From contig NW_027271249.1 of NCBI RefSeq assembly GCF_040938485.1, forward strand, positions 744,001-808,000: a DNA stretch of 64,000 nt. Reading direction: 5' to 3'. Numbering within the stretch: the stretch's first letter is position 1; each line of letters opens with the position of its first letter. The notes below the pieces were generated by a model. It ran no database searches, was not told where the DNA came from, and worked only from the letters and a program-made list of their open reading frames with translations. This document shows positions 63,092 to 64,000 of this stretch, piece by piece. The position numbers and the translations under genes were made by a program. Source of the stretch: Diadema antillarum (lineage: Eukaryota).

Positions 63092-63382
63092 CTCTAAAAA
63101 AAATCGAGTGAAAATATTCACTCCTAAAAGAGTGAATACAAAAAAAAGAGTGAATTTAGAGTGAAATTGGAGTGAAATTTGAGTGAAAATGTTCATTTTC
63201 ACTCGTTTTAGAGTGACCTCAGGGATCACTCCAAAATCTTCGAATGATCCCTGAGGTCACTCCAAAATGAGTGAAAATGAACATTTTCACTCAAAATTCA
63301 CTCCAATTTCACTCTAAATTCACTCTTTTTTATATTCACTCTTTAAAGAGTGAATATTTTCACTCGATTTTTTTTTAGAGAG
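63092..63382. mobile_element. Palindromic MITE, copy 2, opposite orientation
   Basis: Same family as 62203-62492; the central loop ccaaaatcttcga is the reverse complement of that in copy 1. Confidence 0.85.
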
Positions 63383-63773
63383 TATATCTCCAGTTTTGCT
63401 GGTTGTCAAGGTTATGCTTCATCCACTAATTCTGTCCGTATACCTCTGAACGTTTTTAATTTTACGCTTATGAGCCAAAAGAATTAAACAAAAAGAAAAC
63501 GTAATTGTGCTTTCAATAATTCAAAGAAGAGAGGGGTGGTCATACCAGTGAGCATATCGTCATTGCTGAGTAGGCCTAATAGCTTTATCGTTATTAGCTT
63601 CATGTTATACAACAGAAATCTTAAACGTATTTGTGGTGCTATAATATGTATTTTCATAAGGCTGATATCACAAATTATATGACGGTCAATGACGGTTACT
63701 TTGTTTAAATTCTATTAGAATTGGTGAAAAAAAAGAGAATGAGATCATGATTACTTTAAAACTATATATGATT

Positions 63774-63804
<31 letters not shown>

Positions 63805-63807
<3 letters not shown>

Positions 63808-64000
63808 TCAGCAAAAAAGAAAGTAAACGCTTTTTCAAGATTAGATTTCTCATAGAATGTTTGGCTGAAAGCTAATGTATTATATACCATATTAAAGATA
63901 ATTTAATTGGCTATCAACCTGGTAGGTCAACATAAAGGAGAACTTTACGCGTGAGTGAACACCATTGTTTTTCTCTTCCAGGACACAAAAGTAAAAATTG
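63805..64000 (+). mobile_element. Left TIR of another Tc1-like element, following a (TA)n tract
   Basis: (TA)n then cactcagcaaaaaaagaaagtaaac...attggctatcaacctggtagg; same family as 26594. Confidence 0.75.

Overview
AT-rich metazoan genomic DNA with two assembly gaps. The echinoidin-like lectins and intronless class A GPCRs suggest a sea urchin (inference). (1) 2469-17184 is a young minus-strand Gypsy LTR retrotransposon inserted in a (TA)n tract, with near-identical LTRs and a tRNA-Leu PBS. A full-length two-ORF CR1/L2-group LINE (6-bp TSD CTATTG) splits its single gag-pol ORF, and its integrase core is deleted in frame. Two extra ORFs sit at the env position: a second stand-alone retropepsin and a C2H2 zinc-finger protein. 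The U5 region also carries a second tRNA-Leu-complementary site. (2) A tandem duplication carries two 7TM GPCR paralogs; the first has a nonsense codon in the signal peptide and a new downstream ATG. (3) A hAT-like element (8-bp TSD) contains 270-bp tandem repeats interrupted by a 5'-truncated LINE. (4) A duplicated block carries secreted QPD/WND C-type lectin genes: one complete with 3 exons, one with exon 1 not in the window. (5) Between the lectin copies lie an AGGTCA-rich repeat element, a Tc1 transposase remnant and two inverted Penelope-like repeats, each containing a minimal hammerhead ribozyme (one intact, one with G5U). Several MITEs and perfect foldback elements are also present. All alignments were done by eye; no database searches were run.
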